Numbered from the stretch's first letter, positions 7,256-15,765 are shown. The stretch is DNA of 33,554 bases from a virus (IMGVR_UViG_2648501235_000001:1-33554); one strand, 5' to 3'. A program made the numbers and translations. The notes: generated by a model not told the origin, from the sequence alone.

Positions 7256-7420
7256 ATTGTTTGTGATTCATTAACTTAATGAGATATGTTTTTGATATGT
7301 AAAGGAATTTATTTTTGTAAAGATTGAAGATTGGTCAGTAGGAGAGAAAGAATTGTTTGCTGGCGTGTTAGTTCGTGGGTTAGCACATGTGCGGATGTTA
7401 AATAAGGTAGACGATCATGA

Positions 7421-7450
7421 GGAAAAGAAAACCCGGCGCTGAGGCCGGGT
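7421..7450 (-). terminator. Intrinsic terminator (minus strand) immediately downstream of the 7455-8354 gene (tImm-like position)
   Basis: 7-bp stem ACCCGGC/GCCGGGT (7431-7437/7444-7450) with 6-nt loop, followed on the minus strand by a U-rich run (GGAAAAGAAAA 7421-7431 on plus). Confidence 0.5.
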
Positions 7451-7454
7451 ATAA

Positions 7455-8354
7455 TTATTTGATTATTTCTTTTATAAAGACTTCTTTCGGTTGGTATTTT
7501 TTATCTGATGATTTGAGCTGGTACGTTATTGTTATATCAGCACGTACAGCAAATTTACCTGCAAAATCTGATGGGTTTACGTTGGGGCCAAGAACCATAT
7601 TTACTCTTCGATCTATTAATCCAGGGATAACAGCGGCCCAACCTTTCTCTGGATTGTCGAGGTCTAATGCACGGATTTCAACATCAACATCAAAATGATC
7701 CTGAGTATATGACTCTGGTGTGAAGACAACTTCAGTTGGGGCTTTTTTAATGGTTTCAGCGGGAATGGTCACTGTACCACCCCCTGTACCTATGACCATC
7801 GTAGATCCTTCGTCTGCCCTAGCTGGGGCAAGCGTCTTAATGGAACTTTTGGCAAGAGTCTTCTTATTGGTTACCGTGCTTTCTATGATTGCTTGAAGAC
7901 GGTCAGGTGAAATATTAGCCTCACCGGCACCAATATTGATGATTGTATTGTTATTTGCTTCAAAGTGGGAGGTGTTGCTTGGAGCCATAGCCTTAGTTGC
8001 TAGAACTAAGCCATATCCAACCAGACCAATAACAACAGCACCAACGAGAGCGTTTCTCATTTTCCCATTTCCGATCTTTGCATGAGCGCCAGCAAGAAAC
8101 TTGTCCATTTCTTCTTGGCTACCAAAGAGGAGTTTAATAACAATATCTTCATAAAGGCTTCCTGCTTCTAATCGCGCAACATGCACCGATATATCAAGGA
8201 TATTAGCCCCTGTCAGTTCCTGCAAAACACCTTCTGATTGTTTTGCGATGGCCTCCCACCCTTGAAGGGAGGTAATCACATCTTTGATGCTTACAGGTTC
8301 TTTAGTTGAATAATATATGTTTTCGGTAAAGGTTAAAGATAATTCTTGGGACAT
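7455..8354 (-). CDS. Uncharacterised single-pass membrane protein (299 aa) in the rexAB slot; putative lysogen-expressed exclusion/defence moron
   Basis: ATG at 8354 with GAGGG SD. Same strand as cI, 129 bp downstream of its stop, and followed by its own terminator. One central hydrophobic segment ALVGAVVIGLVGYGLVLATKAM. About 37% GC in a sampled 60-nt stretch versus about 55% in a late-region stretch. No family recognised. Confidence 0.6.
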   Translation of the reverse strand: MSQELSLTFTENIYYSTKEPVSIKDVITSLQGWEAIAKQSEGVLQELTGANILDISVHVARLEAGSLYEDIVIKLLFGSQEEMDKFLAGAHAKIGNGKMRNALVGAVVIGLVGYGLVLATKAMAPSNTSHFEANNNTIINIGAGEANISPDRLQAIIESTVTNKKTLAKSSIKTLAPARADEGSTMVIGTGGGTVTIPAETIKKAPTEVVFTPESYTQDHFDVDVEIRALDLDNPEKGWAAVIPGLIDRRVNMVLGPNVNPSDFAGKFAVRADITITYQLKSSDKKYQPKEVFIKEIIK

Positions 8355-8483
8355 CCGAGCCCTCGCTGTTTCTTTCGATTTGCTGTGTTAAGCTAATATT
8401 TTAATATCCATGTTTCTGTTTGCTTGCAGTGTGTTACTCACCACCATCCAAACGTACTGGTTACTAGCTATGTGATGATGAAG

Positions 8484-9191
8484 TCATGAACTTTTCAGCC
8501 ATTCCCTGGCCTCGATGTCATCTAGGTGGCGAGATTGCTTCAGAATACCAGCTACATACTCCACCTTTGCTACTTGATGATAAGGCAACGTTATTGGCCT
8601 GTGGTCTTGGTTGATGCTTGTAAATTGGTATTCTCCGTCTCTGTCATAGCCAAGAACCTTGATCATGTTGTGCCCTTCAATGGTTCTGACAAACACCTCA
8701 TCACCTGGGAATACTTTGGTGTTAGGCTCAATGAGTACATATTCTCCTGATTTTATTCTGGGCCACATGCTGTCTCCTTTTACACGAAGACCAAAGGCAT
8801 CTGGATCATCGCTATAAATCTTGAGCCACCCATCGCGCTCTTCGGTCATCTCGATGGCACCATCAACACCAAGAATTGCCTCACCAACCACGCGCACTAA
8901 CCCTTTTTTTAATTTGCCAACAATTGAAAAAGTATCTTCATCATTCGCTCCATTTAACGAAGTGCCGTGCTGAAGCCAAACAACATCAACGTTTAGAAAT
9001 TTCGCAAGCGCATTCATTTTTTCCTGGCGTGGTAAAGACTCAGCATTAAACCATTTGCTAACGCCTTTGGACGAAAGAGAAAGGGCACGGGCTATGGCCA
9101 TTCCCCTACCATGTTCATCAAGACCAGCTTCTTTACAGGCTTGCGCTAGCCGCTGGGCGAATTCTTTGCGCACTTTTTCATTCTGAACCAT
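8484..9191 (-). CDS. cI: CI-type prophage repressor (HTH N-domain + LexA/S24-like autocleavage C-domain)
   Basis: 235 aa, ATG at 9191 with no SD, consistent with a leaderless pRM transcript as in lambda. C-domain has GDSMWP (Ser) and a downstream Lys (MIKVL) typical of S24 peptidases. Not lambda, 434 or P22 c2 by sequence. Confidence 0.85.
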   Translation of the reverse strand: MVQNEKVRKEFAQRLAQACKEAGLDEHGRGMAIARALSLSSKGVSKWFNAESLPRQEKMNALAKFLNVDVVWLQHGTSLNGANDEDTFSIVGKLKKGLVRVVGEAILGVDGAIEMTEERDGWLKIYSDDPDAFGLRVKGDSMWPRIKSGEYVLIEPNTKVFPGDEVFVRTIEGHNMIKVLGYDRDGEYQFTSINQDHRPITLPYHQVAKVEYVAGILKQSRHLDDIEAREWLKSS

Positions 9192-9269
9192 GAGTACGAT
9201 ACTAAAGCACTTGCAAAAACTTTCAGTTCAATCATAATGCGTACTGAAAGTACGAAAAAGGACATTCCT
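9192..9269. promoter_or_regulatory. oR region with divergent pRM (leftward) and pR (rightward) promoters
   Basis: Between divergent cI and cro. Candidate pR -35 TTGCAA (9211-9216), 16-nt spacer, -10 CATAAT (9233-9238). Inverted repeats ACTTTCAGT / ACTGAAAGT and AGTTC...GTACT share half-sites with the oL region. Confidence 0.5.
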
Positions 9270-9497
9270 ATGCAAAATCTTGATGAGCCGATTAAAGGTG
9301 TCGGCATCCCTGAAGTTGCGAAGGCTTGTGGAGTTAGCGAAAGGGCTGTCTATAAGTGGCTCAAAAACGGCTTCCTCCCTAAGACTGAGTTTTTTGGGAA
9401 AACGAAATACGCATCAAAAATCGAAGAGATTTCTGGTGGCAAATATCAAGCAAGCGAAATGCTTGAAATAAGCAAAAAGAACCTTCTGGCAGCATAA
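9270..9497 (+). CDS. cro: Cro-like HTH repressor (75 aa)
   Basis: ATG at 9270 with AAGGA 8 nt upstream. Contains an HTH-like segment (GIPEVAKACGVSERAVYKWLKNG) and sits divergent to cI, followed by nutR. The six-frame ORF start at 9237 lacks an SD. Confidence 0.7.
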   Translation: MQNLDEPIKGVGIPEVAKACGVSERAVYKWLKNGFLPKTEFFGKTKYASKIEEISGGKYQASEMLEISKKNLLAA

Positions 9498-9504
9498 GTA
9501 ACAC

Positions 9505-9539
9505 CGCTCTTTATCAATCTGCACCGCCGACAACGCGGT
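9505..9539 (+). promoter_or_regulatory. nutR: nutR (boxA + boxB), P22 type
   Basis: CGCTCTTTA (boxA, 9505-9513) then ACCGCCGACAACGCGGT (boxB hairpin, 9523-9539), matching the P22 nutR boxB as recalled. Confidence 0.75.
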
Positions 9540-9551
9540 AACTAATTAAGA

Positions 9552-9575
9552 ACTCATCGAAAGATGAGTATTAGT
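9552..9575 (+). terminator. Candidate tR1-like terminator between nutR and cII
   Basis: 7-bp stem ACTCATC/GATGAGT with GAAA loop (9552-9569) followed by a U-rich but imperfect tract. Confidence 0.35.
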
Positions 9576-9603
9576 GATTATTTACCTATGGAAATAGTAA
9601 GAA

Positions 9604-9900
9604 ATGGAACAAACAAATTACAGCAAACTATCACAGCGCGACGTTGATCGCGCAGAAACAGATTTACTTATCAACCTGTCAGCGATTACCCAGCGCGGTT
9701 TGGCAAAGATGATTGGCTGTCATGAATCGAAGATAAGCAGAACGGACTGGAGGTTTATTGCTTCGGTCTTGTGTGCTTTCGGAATGGCATCAGACATCAG
9801 TCCGATTAGCAGGGCTTTTAAGTATGCGCTTGATGGAATCACAAAGAAAAAATCCCCGGCCGCCACCGAGGATTTTAAGCAAATTGATATGCAATTCTGA
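9604..9900 (+). CDS. cII: Transcriptional activator CII
   Basis: 98 aa; C-terminal ...ITKKKSPAATEDFKQIDMQF parallels lambda CII ...LTNKKRPAATERSEQIQMEF; central HTH-like region. Confidence 0.8.
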   Translation: MEQTNYSKLSQRDVDRAETDLLINLSAITQRGLAKMIGCHESKISRTDWRFIASVLCAFGMASDISPISRAFKYALDGITKKKSPAATEDFKQIDMQF

Positions 9901-9932
9901 GGGAATTACTGGATCAATCCACAGGAGTCATT

Positions 9933-10094
9933 ATGACAAAACGTCGTAAGAAATACCAGGAAAAAGAAGAGATTCGACACCCTGATTCACCTGAGGGATT
10001 AGTGGTAGCCGCAGCAAATAACAGGGCGTTCGCAGAGCGCCTTGTTGGTGTTTACAGACTAGCCAAAGCAGGAGTGAAACATGGGCGTCGTTAA
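9933..10094 (+). CDS. Small basic hypothetical protein (53 aa) between cII and O
   Basis: ATG at 9933 with AGGAG 5 nt upstream; [53 protein letters not shown]; its 3' end overlaps the O start. Below the 60-aa cutoff of the supplied ORF track. Confidence 0.3.
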   Translation: MTKRRKKYQEKEEIRHPDSPEGLVVAAANNRAFAERLVGVYRLAKAGVKHGRR

Positions 10095-10902
10095 GTTAGC
10101 TGATTACAGGCCTCAACTGGAGGTCGTGGAGCATCGCGTGGCAGATACCGAAGATGGTTTCATGCGCGTTGCTAACGAGATTACCGACAGTCTGCTGATG
10201 GCTGATTTAACCGTCCGGCAGTTGAAGGTGATGCTCGCTATCATGCGCAAGACATACGGATTCAATAAGCCGATGGATCGACTCACAAACACGCAGATAG
10301 CAGCCATGACAGGTATTCATCACACTCATGTTTGCGCTGCCAAGCGCCAGCTTATTGAGCGTAAATTCCTCATTGCTGATGGCGTGAAAATCGGAGTGAA
10401 CAAGGTGGTTTCGCAGTGGATTAGCCAGGACAGCTTAACATTAGCTAAAACAGCTAATAAAACATTAGCCGAGTCGGCTAATGGGTATAAGCCAAGTCAG
10501 CTAAACACAAAAGACAATATACAAAAGACAATAAATACAAATACCCCCTTACCCCCTAACGGGGGCGGCGATGGGCAGGTTAAACCTGAACGTCGCAAGG
10601 CAGAACGAATCGACTACGAATCCTTCCTGAACGCCTACAACACCGAAGTCGGTGACAGACTGCCACACGCTGTTGCGGTCAACGAGAAACGCAAACGCCG
10701 CCTGAAGAAAATCATCCCGCAACTGAAAACGCCAAACGTGGACGGTTTCAGAGCGTATGTCAGGGCGTTTGTGCATCAGGCCAAGCCGTTTTACTTCGGA
10801 GACAACGACACGGGCTGGACGGCAGATTTTGATTACCTGCTGAGGGAAGATTCGTTAACGGGGGTACGGGAAGGGAAGTTTGCAGACAGGGGGATTGCAT
10901 GA
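10081..10902 (+). CDS. O: Replication initiator, lambda O family
   Basis: N-domain ...[34 protein letters not shown]... parallels lambda O ...ADLTKRQFKVLLAILRKTYGWNKPMDRITDSQL...; AGGAG SD; origin-like iterons embedded mid-gene. Confidence 0.85.
   Translation: MGVVKLADYRPQLEVVEHRVADTEDGFMRVANEITDSLLMADLTVRQLKVMLAIMRKTYGFNKPMDRLTNTQIAAMTGIHHTHVCAAKRQLIERKFLIADGVKIGVNKVVSQWISQDSLTLAKTANKTLAESANGYKPSQLNTKDNIQKTINTNTPLPPNGGGDGQVKPERRKAERIDYESFLNAYNTEVGDRLPHAVAVNEKRKRRLKKIIPQLKTPNVDGFRAYVRAFVHQAKPFYFGDNDTGWTADFDYLLREDSLTGVREGKFADRGIA
10421..10545. repeat. ori: Putative replication origin: about 4 palindromic iterons followed by an AT-rich tract, inside the O gene
   Basis: TTAGCTAAAACAGCTAA (10441-10457) and TTAGCCGAGTCGGCTAA (10465-10481), with degenerate copies at about 10421-10438 and 10489-10506, then an A/T-rich run (10507-10545). 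Same layout as lambda ori within O. Confidence 0.55.
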
Positions 10903-12275
10903 AACAGGATATCGAAGCGAGCGTTATCGGTGGCCTGCTGATTGGTGGATTAACACCAACCGCCAGCGACGTTCTGGCAACGCTGGAGCCGGAAGCGTTT
11001 TCAATTCCGCTCTACCGGAAAGCCTTCGAGGTTATCCGCAAGCAGGCGAGAAACAGAAACCTAATCGACGCGCTGATGGTTGCCGAGGCGTGCGGAGAGG
11101 AGCATTTCACGTCAATCCTGATGACCAGCAAAAACTGCCCGAGCGCCGCAAACCTGAAGGGATATGCCGGAATGGTCGCGGATAACTATCACCGCCGTCT
11201 GGTGCTGGAAATCATGGATGAAATGCGTGAACCAATTCAGAGCGGAACCATCGACGCATCGAGTCAGGCGATGGATGAACTTGTAAAGCGTCTTTCAGCT
11301 ATCAGAAAGCCCCGTGACGAGGTTAAACCTGTACGGTTAGGGGAAATCATCACTGACTACACTGACACGCTTGACAGGCGTCTGAGGAACGGAGAAGAGT
11401 CAGATACCCTGAAGACCGGAATCGAAGAACTTGACGCCATCACCGGAGGGATGAACGCAGAAGACCTGGTGATTATCGCCGCTCGTCCTGGTATGGGGAA
11501 AACCGAACTGGCGCTGAAGATTGCCGAAGGCGTTGCAAGTCGTGTTATTCCTGGTTCTGACGTCCGGCGCGGAGTATTGATTTTCTCAATGGAAATGAGC
11601 GCATTGCAGATTGCAGAGCGAAGTATTGCCAACGCCGGGAGGATGTCGGTTAGCGTGCTGCGAAATCCTGCATCGATGGATGACGAAGGCTGGGCGCGTG
11701 TTGCTAACGGCATGAGTCAGCTTGCAGATTTGGATGTATGGGTAGTCGATGCCTCGCGGTTATCGGTCGAAGAAATTCGCTCAATCGCAGAACGGCACAA
11801 ACAGGAAAATCCAAACCTGTCACTCATCATGGCGGATTATCTTGGCCTGATTGAGAAGCCGAAAGCAGACCGCAACGACCTTGCAATTGCTCACATCTCC
11901 GGAAGCCTGAAGGCGATGGCGAAAGACCTGAAAACGCCTGTTATCTCCCTAAGCCAGCTTTCACGCGATGTTGAGAAACGACCAAACAAACGCCCGACAA
12001 ACGCAGATTTGCGTGATTCAGGAAGCATTGAGCAGGACGCAGACTCAATCATCATGCTCTATCGGGAAGCGGTATATGACGAGAACAGTAGCGCCGCGCC
12101 ATTTGCTGAAATCATTGTGACAAAAAACCGTTTTGGCTCGCTTGGTACGGTTTACCAGCGGTTCTGCAACGGACACTTTGTTGCATGTGACCAGGATGAA
12201 GCCAGACAGATTTGCACAGCATCAAATGCACCTGCTGCACGTGGCAGACGATATGCACAAGGGGCTGACGTATGA
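10899..12275 (+). CDS. Replicative DNA helicase, DnaB family (P22 gene-12 type), replacing lambda P
   Basis: 458 aa; Walker [16 protein letters not shown] and DnaB-like C-terminal RecA fold motifs; start overlaps the O stop (ATGA). Confidence 0.9.
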   Translation: MKQDIEASVIGGLLIGGLTPTASDVLATLEPEAFSIPLYRKAFEVIRKQARNRNLIDALMVAEACGEEHFTSILMTSKNCPSAANLKGYAGMVADNYHRRLVLEIMDEMREPIQSGTIDASSQAMDELVKRLSAIRKPRDEVKPVRLGEIITDYTDTLDRRLRNGEESDTLKTGIEELDAITGGMNAEDLVIIAARPGMGKTELALKIAEGVASRVIPGSDVRRGVLIFSMEMSALQIAERSIANAGRMSVSVLRNPASMDDEGWARVANGMSQLADLDVWVVDASRLSVEEIRSIAERHKQENPNLSLIMADYLGLIEKPKADRNDLAIAHISGSLKAMAKDLKTPVISLSQLSRDVEKRPNKRPTNADLRDSGSIEQDADSIIMLYREAVYDENSSAAPFAEIIVTKNRFGSLGTVYQRFCNGHFVACDQDEARQICTASNAPAARGRRYAQGADV

Positions 12276-12300
12276 CCATCTACATCACTGAGCTAATAAC

Positions 12301-12330
12301 AGGCCTGCTGGTAATCGCAGGCCTTTTTAT
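12301..12330 (+). terminator. Intrinsic terminator (tR2-like) between the helicase gene and ninB
   Basis: Hairpin AGGCCTGC-TGGTAATC-GCAGGCCT (12301-12324) followed by TTTTTATTT. Confidence 0.6.
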
Positions 12331-12348
12331 TTGGGGGAGAGGGAAGTC

Positions 12349-12789
12349 ATGAAAAAACTAACCTTTGAAATTCGATCTCCAGCACATCAGCAAAACGCTA
12401 TTCACGCGGTACAGCAAATTCTTCCAGACCCAACCAAACCAATCGTAGTAACCATTCAGGAACGCAACCGCAGCTTAGACCAGAATCGAAAGCTTTGGGC
12501 TTGCCTTGGTGACGTCTCTCGTCAGGTTGAATGGCATGGGCGCTGGCTGGATGCAGAAAGCTGGAAGTGTGTGTTTACCGCAGCATTAAAGCAGCAGGAC
12601 GTTGTTCCTAACCTTGCCGGGAATGGCTTTGTGGTAATAGGCCAGTCAACCAGCAGGATGCGTGTAAGCGAATTTGCGGAGCTATTAGAGCTTATACAGG
12701 CATTCGGTACAGAGCGTGGCGTTAAGTGGTCAGACGAAGCGCGACTGGCTCTGGAGTGGAAAGCAAGATGGGGAGACAGGGCGGCATGA
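12349..12789 (+). CDS. ninB: NinB recombination protein
   Basis: [56 protein letters not shown]... matches lambda NinB as recalled; ATG at 12349 with GGAG-rich SD. The six-frame ORF start at 12331 is TTG. Confidence 0.9.
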   Translation: MKKLTFEIRSPAHQQNAIHAVQQILPDPTKPIVVTIQERNRSLDQNRKLWACLGDVSRQVEWHGRWLDAESWKCVFTAALKQQDVVPNLAGNGFVVIGQSTSRMRVSEFAELLELIQAFGTERGVKWSDEARLALEWKARWGDRAA

Positions 12790-12962
12790 GACGACAGCGA
12801 CGAAGCATCACCGACATCATCTGCGAAAACTGCAAATACCTTCCAACGAAACGCTCCAGAAATAAACGCAAGCCAATCCCAAAAGAATCTGACGTAAAAA
12901 CCTTCAACTACACGGCTCACCTGTGGGATATCCGGTGGCTAAGACATCGTGCGAGGAAATGA
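12786..12962 (+). CDS. ninE: NinE
   Basis: [53 protein letters not shown]... matches lambda NinE as recalled; ATG overlaps the ninB stop. Confidence 0.8.
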   Translation: MRRQRRSITDIICENCKYLPTKRSRNKRKPIPKESDVKTFNYTAHLWDIRWLRHRARK

Positions 12963-12964
12963 CA

Positions 12965-13324
12965 ATGGATTATTCACAGTTAAGTGATTTTGAAATTAAC
13001 GTGGCGGTATTCGAAGCCATTCATAACGGATCACCGGATTACAAAGAAGGTGAGAATGGCGATATGGTGTTTGTCTCATTTGAGGGAGACATTGTAAACG
13101 GAGACGCAGTTGAAGTAGAAGTTGAGCGCGGATCCTTTAACCCATGCGCAAACCCAGCAGACGCATGGCCGATTATTGAAAAATACAGGATTAGCATTAT
13201 CAATCTCGATGAAGACGAGTGGGGTGCACGCGGTGTGGCCTACTGTAAATCTAAGCGAGCTATACATGAAAATCCCCTCCGCGCCGCCATGATTGTCTTT
13301 CTCATGATGCAGAGAATCCAATAA
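12965..13324 (+). CDS. Hypothetical nin-region protein (119 aa)
   Basis: ATG at 12965 with GAGG 7 nt upstream; acidic; stop overlaps the ninF start (TAATG). No confident family. Confidence 0.55.
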   Translation: MDYSQLSDFEINVAVFEAIHNGSPDYKEGENGDMVFVSFEGDIVNGDAVEVEVERGSFNPCANPADAWPIIEKYRISIINLDEDEWGARGVAYCKSKRAIHENPLRAAMIVFLMMQRIQ

Positions 13325-13500
13325 TGTTTAGCCCATCCCAATCCCTTCAATACCAGAAAGAAAGCGTCGAGCGGGCTTTAACGTGCGCTAACTGCGGTCA
13401 GAAGCTGCATGTTCTGGAAGTTCACGTGTGTGAGTACTGCTGCGCAGAACTGATGAGCGATCCGAATAGCTCAATGTACGAGGAAGAAGACGATGAATGA
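13324..13500 (+). CDS. ninF: NinF
   Basis: 58 aa MFSPSQSLQYQKESVERALTCANCGQKLHVLEVHVCEYCCAELMSDPNSSMYEEEDDE matches lambda NinF as recalled. Below the ORF-track cutoff; read directly from the sequence. Confidence 0.75.
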   Translation: MFSPSQSLQYQKESVERALTCANCGQKLHVLEVHVCEYCCAELMSDPNSSMYEEEDDE

Positions 13501-14215
13501 GTTAATAAATGGCAATGCCATCAAAATGACAAGCATTGAAATCGCTGAGTTGGTGGGTAAGCGTCATGACAATGTGAAACGTACCATCGAAACGCTGGCT
13601 AAAAATGGTGTTATCCGGCTTCCTCAAATTGAGGATTGTGGAAGAATCAATGGGTTAGGCTTAAATCAAAGTTTTTGTGTGTATGTATTCGAAGGCGAAC
13701 AAGGAAAGCGAGACAGTATTGTCGTTGTAGCCCAGTTGTCGCCGGAATTCACCGCTCGTCTTGTTGACCGTTGGCGAGAGCTTGAAGAAACTGCGGTTAA
13801 TATCCCCAAAACGTTACCGGAAGCGTTGCGCCTTGCTGCTGATCTTGCTGAGCAGAAAATGCAACTGGAAAACCAGCTCGCAATTGCCGCACCTAAAGTT
13901 GAGTTTGCCGATCGAGTTGGCGAGGCCAGCGGAATTTTGATTGGAAACTTTGCAAAGGTTGTTGGTATTGGTCCAAACAAACTGTTTGCGTGGATGCGCG
14001 ATCACAAAATCCTTATTGCTTCAGGTTCCCGGCGCAATGTGCCAATGCAGGAATATATGGATCGCGGCTATTTCACAGTGAAAGAAACAGCGGTCAACAC
14101 AAATCACGGAATACAGATATCGTTCACCACAAAAATCACCGGGCGTGGTCAACAGTGGCTGACCAGAAAGCTGCTCGATAACGGAATGCTGAAAGTAACA
14201 GGGGAGGCTGCTTAA
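13493..14215 (+). CDS. Rha-family N-domain + KilAC-type C-domain protein (Roi/antirepressor-like)
   Basis: N-terminus ...MTSIEIAELVGKRHDNVKRTIETL... fits the Rha signature (T-S-x-EIAELxGKRHxNVxRxI); 240 aa; ATG overlaps the ninF stop. Confidence 0.65.
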   Translation: MNELINGNAIKMTSIEIAELVGKRHDNVKRTIETLAKNGVIRLPQIEDCGRINGLGLNQSFCVYVFEGEQGKRDSIVVVAQLSPEFTARLVDRWRELEETAVNIPKTLPEALRLAADLAEQKMQLENQLAIAAPKVEFADRVGEASGILIGNFAKVVGIGPNKLFAWMRDHKILIASGSRRNVPMQEYMDRGYFTVKETAVNTNHGIQISFTTKITGRGQQWLTRKLLDNGMLKVTGEAA

Positions 14216-14505
14216 TGGCTAATCTACGCAAAGAAGCACGCGGCAGAGAATGCCAGGTACGTATTTACGGCGTATGCAATGGTAATCCTGAAACTACAGT
14301 TCTGGCACATTACCGGATGGCTGGAATTTGCGGAACTGGAATGAAGCCTGAAGACCTGATCGGCGCATGGGCTTGTAGCGCGTGTCACGATGAAATCGAC
14401 AGACGCACCCATAATCTCGACAACAAAGACGCCAGACTTTACCACCTCGAAGGCGTAATCAGGACGCAGGCGATACTGCTGAAGGAGGGGAAGATTAAGT
14501 CATGA
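14215..14505 (+). CDS. YbcO-like (DUF1364) putative nuclease with Cys-rich metal site
   Basis: 96 aa with CQVRIYGVCNG...H...CSACHDEID Cys/His motif; size and position (just upstream of rusA) match DLP12 ybcO. Confidence 0.65.
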   Translation: MANLRKEARGRECQVRIYGVCNGNPETTVLAHYRMAGICGTGMKPEDLIGAWACSACHDEIDRRTHNLDNKDARLYHLEGVIRTQAILLKEGKIKS

Positions 14506-14864
14506 ACGAATATCAGTTTGTGCTTCCATACCCGCCGTCGGTGAATACCTACTGGCGAAGACGGGGAAGCCAATACTACATCAGCGATAAAGGCCAGAAA
14601 TACCGAAAAGACGTTCAGCAAATCATCCACCAACTCAAGTTAGATATTTTCACCAAATCACGACTCCGCATCAAAGTCATCGCAGACGTTCCAGACTCCC
14701 GCCGCCGCGACCTCGATAACATCCTGAAAGGTTTACTCGACTCCCTTATCCACGCCGGATTTGCGGAAGACGACGAGCAATTCGATGACATTCGCGTAAT
14801 TCGTGGTGTGAAAGTACCAGGCGGACGGCTTGGAATAAAAATCACCGAACTGGAGAACGTATGA
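14502..14864 (+). CDS. rusA: Holliday-junction resolvase RusA
   Basis: 120 aa; MNEYQFVLPYPPSVNTYW...DLDNILKGLLDSL... is the RusA signature. Confidence 0.85.
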   Translation: MNEYQFVLPYPPSVNTYWRRRGSQYYISDKGQKYRKDVQQIIHQLKLDIFTKSRLRIKVIADVPDSRRRDLDNILKGLLDSLIHAGFAEDDEQFDDIRVIRGVKVPGGRLGIKITELENV

Positions 14865-15049
14865 ACGCCACAATTCAAACGATACCAGAGCTTCTTATCC
14901 AGACACGAGGTAATCAGACCGAAGTGGCAAGGATGCTTTCCTGCGCAAGAGGAACAGTGCTCAAGTACAACCGAGACAGCAAAGGTGAGCGTCACGTAAT
15001 AGTTAACGGCGTCCTGATGGTAACGCCAGGCAAAAAGGGAAGACGATGA
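14861..15049 (+). CDS. ninH: NinH
   Basis: ...TIPELLIQTRGNQTEVARMLSCARGTVLKYNRDSKGERHVIVNGVLMV parallels lambda NinH (...GNQTEVARRLKCSRGTVRKY...). Confidence 0.75.
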   Translation: MNATIQTIPELLIQTRGNQTEVARMLSCARGTVLKYNRDSKGERHVIVNGVLMVTPGKKGRR

Positions 15050-15669
15050 GACTCGAAAGCGTAGCTAAATTTCATTCGCCAAAAAGCCCGATGATGAGCG
15101 ACTCACCACGGGCCACGGCTTCTGACTCTCTTTCCGGTACTGATGTGATGGCTGCTATGGGGATGGCGCAATCACAAGCCGGATTCGGAATGGCTGCATT
15201 CTACGGTAAGCACGAACTCAGCCAGAACGACAAACAAAAGGCTATCAACTATCTGATGCAATTTGCACACAAGGTATCGGGGAAATACCGTGGCGTGGCA
15301 AAGCTTGAAGGAAATACTAAGGCAAAGGTACTGCAAGTGCTCGCAACATTCGCTTATGCGGATTATTGCCGTAGTGCCGCTACGCCGGGCGCAAGATGCA
15401 GAGATTGCCACGGTACAGGCCGTGCGGTTGATATAGCCAAAACAGAGCAGTGGGGGATAGTTGCTGAGAAAGAGTGCGGAAGATGTAAAGGCGTCGGTTA
15501 TTCAAGAATGCCAGCAAGCGCCGCATATCGCGCTGTGACGATGCTAATCCCAAACCTTACCCAACCCACCTGGTCACGCACTGTTAAGCCGCTGTATGAC
15601 GCTCTGGTTGTGCAATGCCACAAGGAAGAGTCAATCGCAGACAACATTTTGAATGCGATCACACGTTAG
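15046..15669 (+). CDS. Q: Late-gene antiterminator Q, lambda type
   Basis: 207 aa MRLESVAKFHSPKSPMMSDSPRATASDSLSG...CRDCHGTGRAVD...CGRCKGVGYSRMP..., near-identical to lambda Q as recalled. Confidence 0.9.
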   Translation: MRLESVAKFHSPKSPMMSDSPRATASDSLSGTDVMAAMGMAQSQAGFGMAAFYGKHELSQNDKQKAINYLMQFAHKVSGKYRGVAKLEGNTKAKVLQVLATFAYADYCRSAATPGARCRDCHGTGRAVDIAKTEQWGIVAEKECGRCKGVGYSRMPASAAYRAVTMLIPNLTQPTWSRTVKPLYDALVVQCHKEESIADNILNAITR

Positions 15670-15711
15670 CGCCATGATTGCCACGGATGGCAACATATTA
15701 ACGGCATAATA

Positions 15712-15765
15712 TTGACTTTTTGAATAACTTTGGGGAAACTTGACACCAATAATGGGCGTTTTTTA
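15712..15765 (+). promoter_or_regulatory. Late promoter pR' with qut site
   Basis: TTGACTTTTTGAATAACTTTGGGGAAACTTGACACCAATAATGGG parallels lambda pR' TTGACTTATTGAATAAAATTGGGTAAATTTGACTCAACGATGGG; similarity to lambda ends shortly after the initial transcribed region. Confidence 0.6.

Noticed and set aside
8526-8750. Plus-strand ORF (74 aa) inside the repressor gene
   Set aside because: Antisense to cI, no SD, no supporting context.
10880-11185. Alternative-frame ORF (101 aa) overlapping the start of the DnaB-family helicase gene
   Set aside because: Alternate frame of a strongly supported helicase CDS; translation is Arg/Gly-rich and unstructured; no independent SD.
12522-13321. Minus-strand ORFs in the nin region (12522-12920, 12722-12907, 13076-13321)
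   Set aside because: Antisense to ninB/ninE and the 119-aa nin ORF, which are supported by lambda homology and translational coupling; no SD.
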